Positions 23,368-35,005 are shown, counted from the stretch's first letter. The stretch is 64,000 nt of DNA from an uncultured Nitrososphaerales archaeon (GCA_963695855.1 CAVOHZ010000008.1:128001-192000); one strand, 5' to 3'. The notes: generated by a model from the sequence alone, not told the origin. Numbers and translations are program-made.

Positions 23368-23403
23368 GTGGGATTTGAACCATTCTATAAAGTGGGACCA
23401 GTT
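23368..23403 (-). repeat. Recombination-site family, A-type right site (A2)
   Basis: Reverse complement AACTGGTCCCACTTTATAGAATGGTTCAAATCCCAC. Confidence 0.92.
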
Positions 23404-23637
23404 AATATTTTTTATTGCTTTGCTAATTTATTAGATTATCAATAATAAATCAGTTATATCATATTCTCAAGATTAATCTGTTCTGACATGTACCCAATCT
23501 AGTGCATCAGTTAAATAACTATCAAATAAGCAACATAACTGAACTCCTCTGCATCTAGTAATTTCACGAAATACTTAGGTCATTCAATCCAATGGTCCAT
23601 ATACAAATATTACATACTATGCAATTATTACTATTAA

Positions 23638-24825
23638 GTGGCTAATACAAAACAAATCTTAATTTTAGGAGCAGGTTTTGGAGGATTGACGTCAGCCAAC
23701 CTATTACGAAAGAGTCTTCAAAAGGAAGAATGTCAAATTACTGTCATTGACAAAAACCAGTATTTTATGATGGGCCTTGTGAACTTATGGGTACTAAATG
23801 GAACTAGAAGATTGGAGAATTCCCAAGTTGCTCTGAAAAAGCTAGAAGCTAAAGGAATTAAATTTTTGAATGATGAAATAATAAGGATAGATCCATCTGA
23901 AAATAGCGTTACTACTAAAACCAACCATAATAAATTACAATACGATTATTTGATAATAGCACTAGGTGCAGAACTTGCACCAGAACGAATCTATGGATTT
24001 GAGGATAATGGAAGTTGTTTTAACATATATGATGCTCAGCAAGTCCCAAGTCTGCGAGAAAAAATACTTTCTCTAACAAGTGGTCGTATAGTAATCTGTA
24101 TAGCGGATATTCCATATAAATGCCCGCCAGCACCTTATGAGGTGTCATTATTGATCAATGATATGTTGATTAAAAATGAAAGAAGAGATTCTATTGATTT
24201 GGATATATACGTACCAACACCAATTTCATTACCTGTAGCTGGAGCAAATATGAGTCAAGATGTTGTCAACTTGCTTAATGATAACCACATCAATTTCCAT
24301 CCTCTACATAAAATAAAAAAAGTATTAGATAAAAAAACAATAGAATTTGAAAATGGCAGTAAGACAAGCTATGACGTATTAGTACTAATTCCTCCTCATC
24401 AAGTTCCTCAAATCATCAAGAATTCTGATCTATCTGGAGACGGCGATCAACGTTGGATCAATGTTGACAAATTTACCCTTAGAACAAAATACAAGAATGT
24501 CTTTGCAATAGGCGACGTAACCGAGATTAGACTTGATAAAACCACAACCATTCCCAAAGCTGGAATATTTGCAGAGGGCGAAGCAAAGGTAGTCAGCCAG
24601 CAAATTATCAATGAAATTAAAAATAACAATAGCAATAAAGCACTTACAAAGTTTGATGGAAAAGGGTTTTGCTTTATGGAAATAGGAGATAAAAAAGCTG
24701 GATACATTTATGCAGACTTTTATAATGAAAGCGGTCCTACTACTAGGCTTGATTCACCGTCAGGCGAGTTCTATCAAAAGAAACTTGATTTTGAAAGAAG
24801 CAGATTAAACGAATGGTTGATGTGA
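23638..24825 (+). CDS. FAD-dependent oxidoreductase, sulfide:quinone oxidoreductase-like
   Basis: GAGFGG Rossmann, YDYLIIALGA, KCPPAPYE, VFAIGD, PKAG, GFC second Cys. Confidence 0.88.
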   Translation: MANTKQILILGAGFGGLTSANLLRKSLQKEECQITVIDKNQYFMMGLVNLWVLNGTRRLENSQVALKKLEAKGIKFLNDEIIRIDPSENSVTTKTNHNKLQYDYLIIALGAELAPERIYGFEDNGSCFNIYDAQQVPSLREKILSLTSGRIVICIADIPYKCPPAPYEVSLLINDMLIKNERRDSIDLDIYVPTPISLPVAGANMSQDVVNLLNDNHINFHPLHKIKKVLDKKTIEFENGSKTSYDVLVLIPPHQVPQIIKNSDLSGDGDQRWINVDKFTLRTKYKNVFAIGDVTEIRLDKTTTIPKAGIFAEGEAKVVSQQIINEIKNNNSNKALTKFDGKGFCFMEIGDKKAGYIYADFYNESGPTTRLDSPSGEFYQKKLDFERSRLNEWLM

Positions 24826-25143
24826 TAATAATATGACTTATTTAGTCCTAACACCTTCTTTTTTTAAGTTCCGCTATTTAATCAATAAATGCTTGCTTTT
24901 CAAAATTGGAAAGGAATAAAAATCCATTTAATATATAATATAATGTAAAAAAATTCTATTTTATATAACATAGGTATATTTAATATGTTACCTAGAATTA
25001 TTTACTTTGTAAATATTTGCATGAGTACATAAATGTTAACATGTTAAACCTGGGGCATACAACTGTGGATATAGCCAAGATATCAGATAAGGAGTAAGGT
25101 CACGTACAGACCACAAAACCGTAGAGAATAATATAGAATAACT

Positions 25144-26891
25144 GGCTGTGTTAATTTACGTTAATATCCACCTCCTTTAACCAAAAATAATTCTTATTAT
25201 TTGCTTTAGTATCATTATACATCGAAACAAAGAATTGTATCCAGTTATGTACATGAAATAGATTACATTCCTCTTTTTGCATACAAGGAGAGTAGTCATC
25301 AAAATTTTCTCTTCTGTCTTTCAAATACTGGTTGACTCTTTCCATCAAACTTTTCTGAAATGGTGAGTGTAGGTAGTGTTTTAATCCAATTACGTTACTT
25401 GCTTCATCATACCATGTACCACCATCTGTATACGCGGCATGTTTTCCATATTTTGATACAAGAGATCAGATCAAATAAATTTTTCAGCAATTATCATGTT
25501 TCTCTCCTCTGAGAGATAGATTCCAAGTATAGATTTATGAACAGGTTCAATACAAAACCATAACCAGAAGTGCTGGTTACCAATCTGAATAATAGTTTCA
25601 TCTATTGCCTTGTTGCACAACTTGTTCTTCTCAACACATTTAGCTAACCAATTCTAGTCATATTATGTGAACTGGAGAAATTACAACGAATCTCTTGTTA
25701 AACGTGGTGAGGTATTACTGGATTTTGATATTATAGATAACTGGAATACTGAACTAGAGAAGATGAATAAGGAAAAGGAAGGTAGGAAATTCGTATATCC
25801 AGATTCATTTGTCAAGTTATTGGGATACATGAGAGCATACTTTCACTTACCCTACAGACAAACTGAAGGAGTAGTAAGAGAACATGCTTCAAACACTTTG
25901 CCATCAATTCCAGATTATAGTAACATTAGCAGAAGAATAAATAGACTGGATATCAAGATTTCTGATGATATAACCAAATCTAACTTGCATGATGATAATT
26001 TTGTTATTGCAATTGATTCTACCGGTATAAAGGTATCTAAGAGGGGTGAATGGATTAGACACAAGTGGAATGTAAAAAGAGGATATCTAAAGATACATTT
26101 AGCAGTCGATATAAAAAAGAAGAGAATTCTATCATTAGATGTTACTAGTGAAGAAGTACATGATGTAAAAGTACTTCCAAAATTGGTTGATTATATAGCA
26201 ATAAAACAGAATAAGGTAATAGATACTGCTATCATGGATGGTTCCTATGATAGCAACAAGATCTTTCAGTTTCTATCATTTAAAGGCATACAACCAGCAA
26301 TAAAGGTAAGAAAGAATTCTAGATGCAGAAACAAGACCAATCATTACCTTAGAAACAAGATGGTGAAAATGCAGAAGAATGATTTGCAAGAATGGAAAGA
26401 TAGTGTACGCTATGGACAAAGATGGATGGTAGAATCTGTTTTTTCCTCTATGAAGAGAATGTTTGGTGAATATGTTACTGCTATCAGGTTAGAGAACATG
26501 ATAAGAGAGATAATGTTGAAAGCATCGTTGTATAACTGGTTTCAAAGTATAACTGTTACATAATTATCAATTATATAATAATGAGAACGATTGGTTAAAC
26601 GAGTTATGCAACAAACCATCCATCTATAATAAAAGCAGTTACTCTTTTTCTGTTATAGATTTGGCAGGATCCAAATCTCTGAATCCAATTCCAAACAGAA
26701 ACATAACTTCTCTTCTGATCTCTAAATATAGTTAGTGCCTTGGATGTTTTTCTTAAACTTAAACCAAGAAAGTATAGATAAAGATAATACATTACAATAA
26801 AAGAAGATGTTTTATTTCTATCAAATTTGATTTTCATAGTATATTTAGAACATTCTCAGCTATAGCTTTTACTGCTTATCTGAACAGAGCC
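25144..26891 (-). mobile_element. IS6-family element interrupted by an IS5-family element
   Basis: TIRs GGCTGTGTTAA (25144) and TGAACAGAGCC (26881-26891); transposase halves 26604-26837 and 25151-25605. Confidence 0.85.
25606..26618 (+). mobile_element. IS5-family (IS903/ISH1-like) element, intact transposase 25667-26563
   Basis: NWRNYNESLVKRG, IDSTG, DGSYD, RWMVESVFS; TIRs TGCCTTGTTGCACAACT / AGTTATGCAACAAACCA; 9-bp TSD TTCATCTAT/TCCATCTAT. Confidence 0.92.
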
Positions 26892-27107
26892 TGCCCATGA
26901 GATCGATTAATTAAATTCTTAGTATTGTAAAGATTTCAAATTTAGTGAATCATTAATTAATGATAATGTAGATTTGAAATATTTTGTACTCTATCAATAA
27001 TTGACCTGTTAATAGAAAATTTATAATTAAATTAGACTTTATTTTAAATATACACCTTAACATAATAGAAGACTTATTTACAATATTTCATCATCGAGTT
27101 AATGAAA

Positions 27108-27410
27108 TCAATTCTTAATTATTTTTATTTTCTTTACTCCAACAGTATCAACAATATAGTAATCATCAGCTATTTGAATAATATCTCCAAGATCTATTTT
27201 ATTATGAGATTTCTTTTCCCTGAGAGGTATTCCAAAAGGCTTATCCTCTTCTTTAAATTTAAGCCAAATTCTACCTGGGTTTAAGATATTTTTGAATTCT
27301 GATTCCCATACTAAATCATATACAGTAAAGAGTGCTTGGCTACTAATTCTATTATTTTTAATTATCATTTCGATTTCAGGTTCTTTAAAGAAATACACCT
27401 TTACCTTCAT
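27108..27410 (-). CDS. Small hypothetical protein
   Basis: 100 aa ORF, plausible composition (GDIIQI..DYYIVD). Confidence 0.55.
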   Translation of the reverse strand: MKVKVYFFKEPEIEMIIKNNRISSQALFTVYDLVWESEFKNILNPGRIWLKFKEEDKPFGIPLREKKSHNKIDLGDIIQIADDYYIVDTVGVKKIKIIKN

Positions 27411-27693
27411 AATTTATTTTTTTAGCTATTTTTTGTTATTTATTAATTATATGTTATTAACGGAACCTGACAATATGAAAATCTTCTAGTCTATGTCTTC
27501 ATGTGTGTTGTCTAGGTTCGAACTTATCGGTAGTGTAATATTTTATATAGTGGATCTTGTAAAATATTAATAATTAATTAATCTGACAAATGAATTTTAT
27601 AACAACTGTTTTAGCTAACTATAAGGTTGGACATATTCTCGAAAATTTTTAACCCAGAAAAATTAAAAGGATCTATTTTAAAGTAAAAAATGT

Positions 27694-27736
27694 AACTGGT
27701 CCCACTTTATAAAAGGGTTCAAATCCCACTGGCCCC
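27694..27736 (+). repeat. Recombination-site family, A-type left site (A3), immediately upstream of the recombinase
   Basis: AACTGGTCCCACTTTATAAAAGGGTTCAAATCCCACTGGCCCC. Confidence 0.93.
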
Positions 27737-27767
27737 ATTACAAACCTGTGTCTTCATTTAGACCCAT

Positions 27768-29065
27768 TTGCTATATATCATGCAAATAATGTCAATCCCT
27801 AATACATTCACAGAAATTATTTTAGAGGAAGGACACAAACAACTGACTCCCTATCTGATGTTCAAATATGCAATTAAAACAGAGATAACAAGAAAGTATT
27901 ATGAAAGAAGATTGAAAAAATTCTTTGACTTTATTGAATTTGAAATGATAGATAAAGACATTGAATACAGATCTAATAAATTTGTAGAAAAAGCAAAAGA
28001 TAATTCAAATTGGACATTAAGTCAGATAATTAGATTTTTACAATTTCAAAAAGAGAGAGTAGAAAAGAAAGAGATCACTGCTGGGACTCTAAAGAATTTT
28101 GTTAAGTCAATAAAGGTATTCTGTGAAATGTCTGATCTCTCAATTCCCTGGAAGAAAATTACAAGAGGGTTACCAAATGCAAGACAATCAGCAAACGATA
28201 GAGCTCCTACTATAGATGAGATACATAGACTGTTAGGATATCCCGATAGAAGAATAAAACCCATTGTCTACACAATGATATCATCTGGGATAAGGTTAGG
28301 AGCTTGGGATTATCTAAAATGGAAACATATTATTCCAATTAAGAATAAAGAAGGGGAGATAGTAGCAGCCAAGATAATTGTTTATGCTGGTGAAGTTGAT
28401 TAATATTATTGATTCATTACTGAAGAAGCTTATAACTCACTACTAGACTGGATAAAATCCAGAGAAGAATATGGTGAAAAGATTACTGGAGAATCTTGGT
28501 TGATGAGAGACATCTGGCAAACAACTAATGTAAACTACGGGGCTAAATGGGGATTAGCAACATATCCTAAAAAATTGAATAGTTATGCTATTAAGAGAAT
28601 ATTAGAGAGGGATTATGGTCAGAAGGCTTACGAAAAACACTTGAAAAAGGAGAAAAGAGACACGAATACAAAGCAGCTCATGGATTTAGAAAATTCTACA
28701 AAACTAGAACAGAACAAGTTATGCGTCCACTGAATGTAGAGATAACACTTGGTCACAATGTCGGACTTTCTGGGTCATATTACAAACCAACTGAGAAATT
28801 AATTTTAGAAGATTATCTTAAAGTAATAGATTTACTTACTTTAAATAATAATCAAAAAGTTCTAGAGAAAGAAATTAATAAGTTAAAAGAAAAGAGTCAA
28901 GATGATGAATATATTATAAAAGTCAAATTATGTGAGAAAGATGTACAAATTAAGGAACTTAAGAAAAGCGATAAAGTTAAAGAAGATGCATTAGCTCATG
29001 TATCGGATCAGTTGATGATATTAACTGAAAGAATTCAAGAGTTGGAGAGAAAACAATCAAAATAG
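27768..29065 (+). pseudogene. Tyrosine recombinase/integrase with C-terminal coiled coil; in-frame stops near 28401-28412 and a frameshift near 28610
   Basis: Catalytic motifs across fragments: SSGIRLGA (R), KAAHGFRKFYKT (HxxR), LGH, SYYKP (Y). Confidence 0.9.
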
Positions 29066-29087
29066 ATCAGGATTAAAAGTGGGTTGT

Positions 29088-29123
29088 GTGGGATTTGAAC
29101 CCTTCTATAAAGTGAGACCAGTT
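29088..29123 (-). repeat. Recombination-site family, A-type right site (A4), 22 bp after the recombinase stop
   Basis: Reverse complement AACTGGTCTCACTTTATAGAAGGGTTCAAATCCCAC; 34/36 identical to A3. Confidence 0.93.
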
Positions 29124-29475
29124 GATTTTTAAACACCCTTAAAACAAAGATTTGACGAAGACATATATTCGATCTTCACTATTAGAACAAGTAAAGTGAA
29201 ATACAAAATATACGTTTTTGTTTATTAACACATGTTGTACCCCAATGATAATGAATTATATCTCTACCATAATTTTCAAAGGATCTAATGAAATTTTCTA
29301 CTAAATAAAAAAAAAACATATTGTATAAATTAATTCTCAACAAGAAACGAAGATAGAATTACTATACCGTTTACAAGGACTAACAATCTCAAACACTATC
29401 CCAGATACAAAATGTTCTTGATTTACTATGCCTAGGATGCGCAAAAATTTTTCTACTTTATAATAAACACATAAA

Positions 29476-30252
29476 TTATTTTCGCATAGAAGAGAGGAAA
29501 TCGTTTTTTTCTTTAATAATCGGAAGATCCAATATTTCTTTAATAATCTCAATATGTTTATCAGGATTTTTATAAATCGAATTTAGTTTTTTATACAACA
29601 TGTTTGGATCAATTTTTATCCCACTCTTTCGTGATGCTCTCTTAAATGACCGATCAGAAATAACAATCCAATCATAATGGGTTGGAAGACTTGTTTTCGC
29701 TAAATTAGCGAATGATATTAACTTTGGTTTTTCCCTTAAATATTCCTGAATTTCAGCCTCCTTGACACCATAGTGAGAATAAAGTGATTCGTTTATCCGA
29801 GAAATTTTCTTATTAGTTGCATCAAGTTCTTCCCTTGCTTTTTTAATATAAGTAGGGATATCTTCTATGTTTAACTGATATTTCTTTTCAAATTGTAATA
29901 TTTTATTAATTTCAGTAAGAAACTTATCGTGCTCTATTACTAATCTAAAACTTTCTTTATCGGTAGATTCTAGAAAATTCTCAAAGAATGGACAAGTTAA
30001 ACTCAATTTATTTATTTTATTATATAGTCGAACTCCGGAAATTACATCAGAAAATCCTAAATTGTAACTCTTAAATTTTTTTGCAATCTCTCGTATGTAT
30101 GAAAAAATTTCATCATTTCTTGATGCCTCTGATGTTATTGTCGATATTGTTCCCACACTAACACCCAGCATCTTGCTAATTTCCGGGATTGAATATCCTT
30201 CCAAATATTTTCTAATACTATCAGATTTTATTACAGGAGGAATGGCCCGCAT
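29476..30252 (-). CDS. HTH DNA-binding / coiled-coil protein, mobile-element type
   Basis: N-terminal YLEGYSIPEISKMLGVSVGTISTI HTH. Confidence 0.75.
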   Translation of the reverse strand: MRAIPPVIKSDSIRKYLEGYSIPEISKMLGVSVGTISTITSEASRNDEIFSYIREIAKKFKSYNLGFSDVISGVRLYNKINKLSLTCPFFENFLESTDKESFRLVIEHDKFLTEINKILQFEKKYQLNIEDIPTYIKKAREELDATNKKISRINESLYSHYGVKEAEIQEYLREKPKLISFANLAKTSLPTHYDWIVISDRSFKRASRKSGIKIDPNMLYKKLNSIYKNPDKHIEIIKEILDLPIIKEKNDFLSSMRK

Positions 30253-30562
30253 TTAAAAGAGCTTAAAAAATTGGCTTAAAAGGTTTGCTCTATTTAGCTA
30301 ATTTTCTCATATTAGAGACTTCCCTTGTAGAATGCGATATAGATTCATTATCATTTATACCGTTACAAAAAATTTGACAAATATATGAAAAATCTATAAC
30401 AATTTAAACTTCTATTACTTCAAATTAATTGATTTGTCGGATAGTATTCTGAGTTAGATAATCGATTATGGTTAATTGTGAAGTTTCAATTATCTTCATT
30501 GAATATAAGTAAAATTCAATTACTCTATCTAGTATCACTCTAATATGAGCACAAAACGGGCC

Positions 30563-30683
30563 ATTTGAAAGCTATTTGAAAGGTATTTGAAAACAATTAG
30601 AAAACAATTTGAAAACAATTTGAAAACAATCTGAAAACAATCTGAATACCATTAAATAATGATTTGAAAGGTATTTGAAAGAA
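30563..30683. repeat. 11 x 11-bp degenerate tandem array (ATTTGAAAACA), iteron-like
   Basis: Units ATTTGAAAGCT, ATTTGAAAGGT, ATTTGAAAACA, ATTAGAAAACA... in exact 11-bp register. Confidence 0.85.
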
Positions 30684-30905
30684 TTTAACGGGTTTAAAAT
30701 TGAGTAGAATGAGCTCCCAGTATTATAAATAATGATAATCCATTCCGTTTTATCATTCTTAAATCAAATCAATCGATAAAATCTAATCATAAGTAATCAT
30801 CAAAAAAAAGATTCAGTTCTATCTTTTAAAATACTGCATTACCATTTAAATTAGACTCTTCTATTATTCTGTAGAAAGATAAAAGAATAACCTAATAGTT
30901 GTAAC

Positions 30906-31121
30906 TCATTCATCTTTTGAATCAAAAATTTTTTTTATTTCTTCATTTTGTTGTTTTACAATATGATCATCATCTTCCTCCTCAAATAAAAAAGGAAACG
31001 ATCTCCTCTCCTCTTGGGTTATAAATTTCTTAAATCTTCTTACTCGTTTTAAGTCTTCTAAATAATCACTTCTACAGATAGGATCTCCTGGATCTCGTAT
31101 ATGCATTTCACAGTACTCCAA
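30906..31121 (-). CDS. Small hypothetical protein, possibly truncated
   Basis: 71 aa charged ORF. Confidence 0.35.
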   Translation of the reverse strand: MEYCEMHIRDPGDPICRSDYLEDLKRVRRFKKFITQEERRSFPFLFEEEDDDHIVKQQNEEIKKIFDSKDE

Positions 31122-31124
31122 AAT

Positions 31125-31200
31125 CTGGAGTTATGGTAGATAGTAAAGATAATCTGTATTTGCCTGATACATATAATCAACGTACACAACAATTTAAGTT
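31125..31200 (+). pseudogene. Single NHL-repeat fragment
   Basis: Reads GVMVDSKDNLYLPDTYNQRTQQF. Confidence 0.5.
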
Positions 31201-31305
31201 ATCACAACATTGGCAATTCAAAATCTGAAAATGATATTGAATGAGTCAGAATAATAGCTAAAATGATATTTATAAAAACAAATTAATTTAATAAAATTTT
31301 ATTGT

Positions 31306-31350
31306 GGGTCCAAAATAAAGGACATATTCGTTTCACATCCCACTGGCCCC
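31306..31350 (+). repeat. Recombination-site family, B-type left site (B3)
   Basis: GGGTCCAAAATAAAGGACATATTCGTTTCACATCCCACTGGCCCC, then ATTGAACTCT shared with 44949. Confidence 0.8.
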
Positions 31351-31756
31351 ATTGAACTCTCAGTTCCAATTCTATATTTAATAGAATTCAAGAAGTAATA
31401 AAAATTAATAAATAATCAAATAATAAACAAAAAGGATAAAATCCCTAATTATTAAACAAAATAAATAGTTTATATAAAAAATAAGATATTATATTGAAAA
31501 AAATTCAGAATTACAATTTAGCTTTCATATGTAAAAAATGTATATTATTAGAATGCAATTTAAAATTTCTATCAATTGTCATTATATATCTTAAACAAAT
31601 GAAATCTAATAGATAAAACATATAGAATATATACACATTAAAAAGTAACATTTCTATTCAAATTTATCAATGAAGACAAACTTCACATTGATAAGAAATA
31701 TAGAGAAAAAGATCTTTAGTAAGAAAAAAAGTTTATTATGGAAAAAATATTTCTCA

Positions 31757-34423
31757 TTATTGTAGATTAAATGGATTCACCATGGAAGGTAGGCGAGAAA
31801 GTAGATCCTTAGGTATCATATCATTGGATGGTTGAGTCTTCTTAATTGGATTGAGTTCGGCAGTACTCACAACTTCTGGAGTAAATACCTGAATTCTGAA
31901 ATTGCCAGAGTCAACAATAAAAGGTTTACCATCATTGTCTACTGTTACGTGTTCTGGTTCTGCAAGTTGACCATCTGCTGAACCTTCTTTTTCTGAACCA
32001 AATTTTGTCAGATAATTACCTTCAGAATCCCATACCTGTACAACTGGTCTAATATTGTTATTTATGAGAAATACCCTACCTTCACTATCAACATCTAAGT
32101 GTTCTAAGAACATTAGCATTTCACCATCTCCTGAACCTTCTTTTCCCCATTTCTTTATGAATTTTCCATTTGGGTCGAACTTTTGTATATATGGCTGGAA
32201 GCCAGAACTGACGTAAACATTTCTATCTGGACCTACATCAATAGCGTGAGGATGGTCAAATTGACCATCTCCTGTACCTTTACTTCCCCATTGTAGTATA
32301 AAATTAAGGTTCTTGTCTAACTTTACAATTCTATTATTTCCGGTATCTGTGATATACAGATCGCCGTTTGTAAAGTCGAATGCCAAATCTTCAGGCATAA
32401 CAAAGTTCTTACCGTTTATACTTTTCAATTCGGTAATAAAGACTCCATCGTTGGTTAGTTTTTGAATTCTATTGTTCTCTCTATCAGAGACATATATGTT
32501 ATTGTTGCTATCATGGGCAATGCTATATGGAACGTTGAATTGTCCTGGACCTGAACCAGGACCACCAAATTTCGATAAGAACACACCTTCATGTGTGAAC
32601 TTTTGTATATCACTTCTAACTCTATCAGGTACAAAGACATTTCCAGAGGAGTCAAAAGAAACATCATGAGGGTCCTGAAACTGACCATTTCCGTTACCTT
32701 TTGTTCCAAATTTATAGGCAAATTTAAAGTTGAGTGGAGGTGGTGGTTGAGGACACCCTTCATCTATTAAAATGTCACCATCATTATCAATTCCGTCTCC
32801 ACATATCTCTGGAGTAGGTAGGTTATCAAAGGAGTTACTAAATACCAATCCGCTAGTTGCAAAGAAGTCATCATTCATCAAATTGGTAATCTCTGTGTTA
32901 TTAAGAGCTCTGTTCCAGACACCTACTTCATCAAGCTGACCTATGAAAAAGTCCTCTGTCAAAGACTGAGAGTTACCTGCTATTCTTAAGGGCTTATTTC
33001 CAGTATTATCAGGATTAGAGGTAGTACTTAGTGAACCTATCTGTACACCATCAACAAAGAGTCTAACAATATTGTTATTATTATCAAACGTGACGACACC
33101 ATGATGCCATTGGCCATCATTGTAGGTCTTTGTAGAAGTTACATATTTGTTGGAACCACCAGTGGTCTCAAATCCTCCCTGCAATGTTTCAGAAGGAGTA
33201 AACCATATTCCATAGTTTTGGTTCAAACCTGCACTTTCTGACCCAAGACCTCCTTTGTTCACCATAACTCCTTCATCATCCCAGCCGCCTGTTGTTTTGA
33301 ACCAAGTAGCAACTGTAAACGATGAAAGTCTAAGGTTGGAAGCATCAGGAACATCTAGTTTATTTGAACTAGTTGCAGTAAAGGATGGTGCATAATGGTA
33401 GCCAGTAGTAGTCTGACAATTTGGGTCTGCTACATCTTTTAATCCATCACGATCATCATCTAGTCCATTATCACATATCTCAGGTACAGATAGACAATCT
33501 AGATCTTCAGCATCTATCTTTCCATCACGATCATCATCAAGTCCATTATCGCATATCTCAAGTACAGATAGACAATCTAGATCTTCAGCATCTATCTTTC
33601 CATCACGATCATCATCAAGTCCATTATCGCATATCTCAAGTACAGATAGACAATCTAGATCTTCAGCATCTATCTTTCCATCACGATCATTATCTATATT
33701 GTCATTACATATTTCAGGGGTTGGAGTAACAAAAGAATTGCTGTATACCAATCCACTTGATGGAAATTGACCAGTATTCATCAAATTGGTAATCTCTGTG
33801 TTATTAAGAGCTCTGTTCCAGACACCTACTTCATCAAGCTGACCTATGAAAAAGTCCTCTGTCAAAGACTGAGAGTTACCTGCTATTCTTAAGGGCTTAT
33901 TTCCAGTATTATCAGGATTAGAGGTAGTACTTAGTGAACCTATCTGTACACCATCAACAAAGAATCTAACAATATTGTTATTATTATCAAACGTGACGAC
34001 ACCATGATGCCATTGGCCATCATTGTAGGTCTTTGTAGAAGTTACATATTTGTTGGAACCACCAGTGGTCTCAAATCCTCCCTGCAATGTTTCAGAAGGA
34101 GTAAACCATATTCCATAGTTTTGGTTCAAACCTGCACTTTCTGACCCAAGACCTCCTTTGTTCACCATAACTCCTTCATCATCCCAGCCGCCTGTTGTTT
34201 TGAACCAAGTAGCAACTGTAAACGATGAAAGTCTAAGGTTGGAAGCATCAGGAACATCTAGTTTATTTGAACTAGTTGCAGTAAAGGATGGTGCATAATT
34301 ATAAGTGGCCGCAAAAGCATAATTTTCATATGTAACAGTGAAAATCATAATAGAAAGCAACGTTAAAAGAAAAATACAACATAAAGAAATTATAAAATTC
34401 ATATTAAAAATTTTATTTATCAT
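31757..34423 (-). CDS. Secreted LamG-(Cys/Asp repeat)-LamG-NHL beta-propeller protein
   Basis: Signal peptide; two LamG domains (FTVATWFK, WHHGVVTFD, LDEVGVWNRAL); EICDNGLDDDRDG repeats; six NHL repeats. Confidence 0.92.
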   Translation of the reverse strand: MINKIFNMNFIISLCCIFLLTLLSIMIFTVTYENYAFAATYNYAPSFTATSSNKLDVPDASNLRLSSFTVATWFKTTGGWDDEGVMVNKGGLGSESAGLNQNYGIWFTPSETLQGGFETTGGSNKYVTSTKTYNDGQWHHGVVTFDNNNNIVRFFVDGVQIGSLSTTSNPDNTGNKPLRIAGNSQSLTEDFFIGQLDEVGVWNRALNNTEITNLMNTGQFPSSGLVYSNSFVTPTPEICNDNIDNDRDGKIDAEDLDCLSVLEICDNGLDDDRDGKIDAEDLDCLSVLEICDNGLDDDRDGKIDAEDLDCLSVPEICDNGLDDDRDGLKDVADPNCQTTTGYHYAPSFTATSSNKLDVPDASNLRLSSFTVATWFKTTGGWDDEGVMVNKGGLGSESAGLNQNYGIWFTPSETLQGGFETTGGSNKYVTSTKTYNDGQWHHGVVTFDNNNNIVRLFVDGVQIGSLSTTSNPDNTGNKPLRIAGNSQSLTEDFFIGQLDEVGVWNRALNNTEITNLMNDDFFATSGLVFSNSFDNLPTPEICGDGIDNDGDILIDEGCPQPPPPLNFKFAYKFGTKGNGNGQFQDPHDVSFDSSGNVFVPDRVRSDIQKFTHEGVFLSKFGGPGSGPGQFNVPYSIAHDSNNNIYVSDRENNRIQKLTNDGVFITELKSINGKNFVMPEDLAFDFTNGDLYITDTGNNRIVKLDKNLNFILQWGSKGTGDGQFDHPHAIDVGPDRNVYVSSGFQPYIQKFDPNGKFIKKWGKEGSGDGEMLMFLEHLDVDSEGRVFLINNNIRPVVQVWDSEGNYLTKFGSEKEGSADGQLAEPEHVTVDNDGKPFIVDSGNFRIQVFTPEVVSTAELNPIKKTQPSNDMIPKDLLSRLPSMVNPFNLQ

Positions 34424-35005
34424 TGTGTTTATTCACTTGTGCTTTTTGATGGCATTATCATCATCAGATTGAATAGTCTATTCTTAGAAGCTTTCATTTT
34501 ATTATAAAGACTGACAAGTAAAAATAGGATCAATAATTTTCTAAACCTGTAAACACAATAGAATACAATAAAAAACAACGTAGCAGATTGCTGTGACGTT
34601 GCATACATCATTGAGTAAAAATTAGGGAGTAATAAATTATTTGTACATGCATGCATATGCTTCTTATGACTATCAATTTCAAATTATTTTAAATACCTAA
34701 GCGTAATATGTTATGAAACATCCTCTTATTGTTTAATATACTAAAAATATTATTGTATAAGTTGATATAAAATCTATACAAAAAATCGATCTTACAATTC
34801 CAGACTGTTTTCCATTACTGTTTATAATTTTCAAATATATATATGAATTGAAATTAGTAGTATATACCTAATTGATAAACATATTTAATTCTACAAATTG
34901 AATATATATAATAATAAACATATTTAATTCTACAAATTGAATATATATAATATATTTAAGAATCTGTCAGAACCTAAATATATTTAAGTCAGATCTGAAT
35001 ATATA

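Noticed and set aside
33421-33729. His-rich repeat ORF on + strand
   Set aside because: Antisense shadow of the 78-bp Asp/Cys repeats.
34875-34952. ~39-bp tandem duplication; similar short duplications near 12207 and 39229
   Set aside because: Two-copy AT-rich slippage duplications with no further structure.
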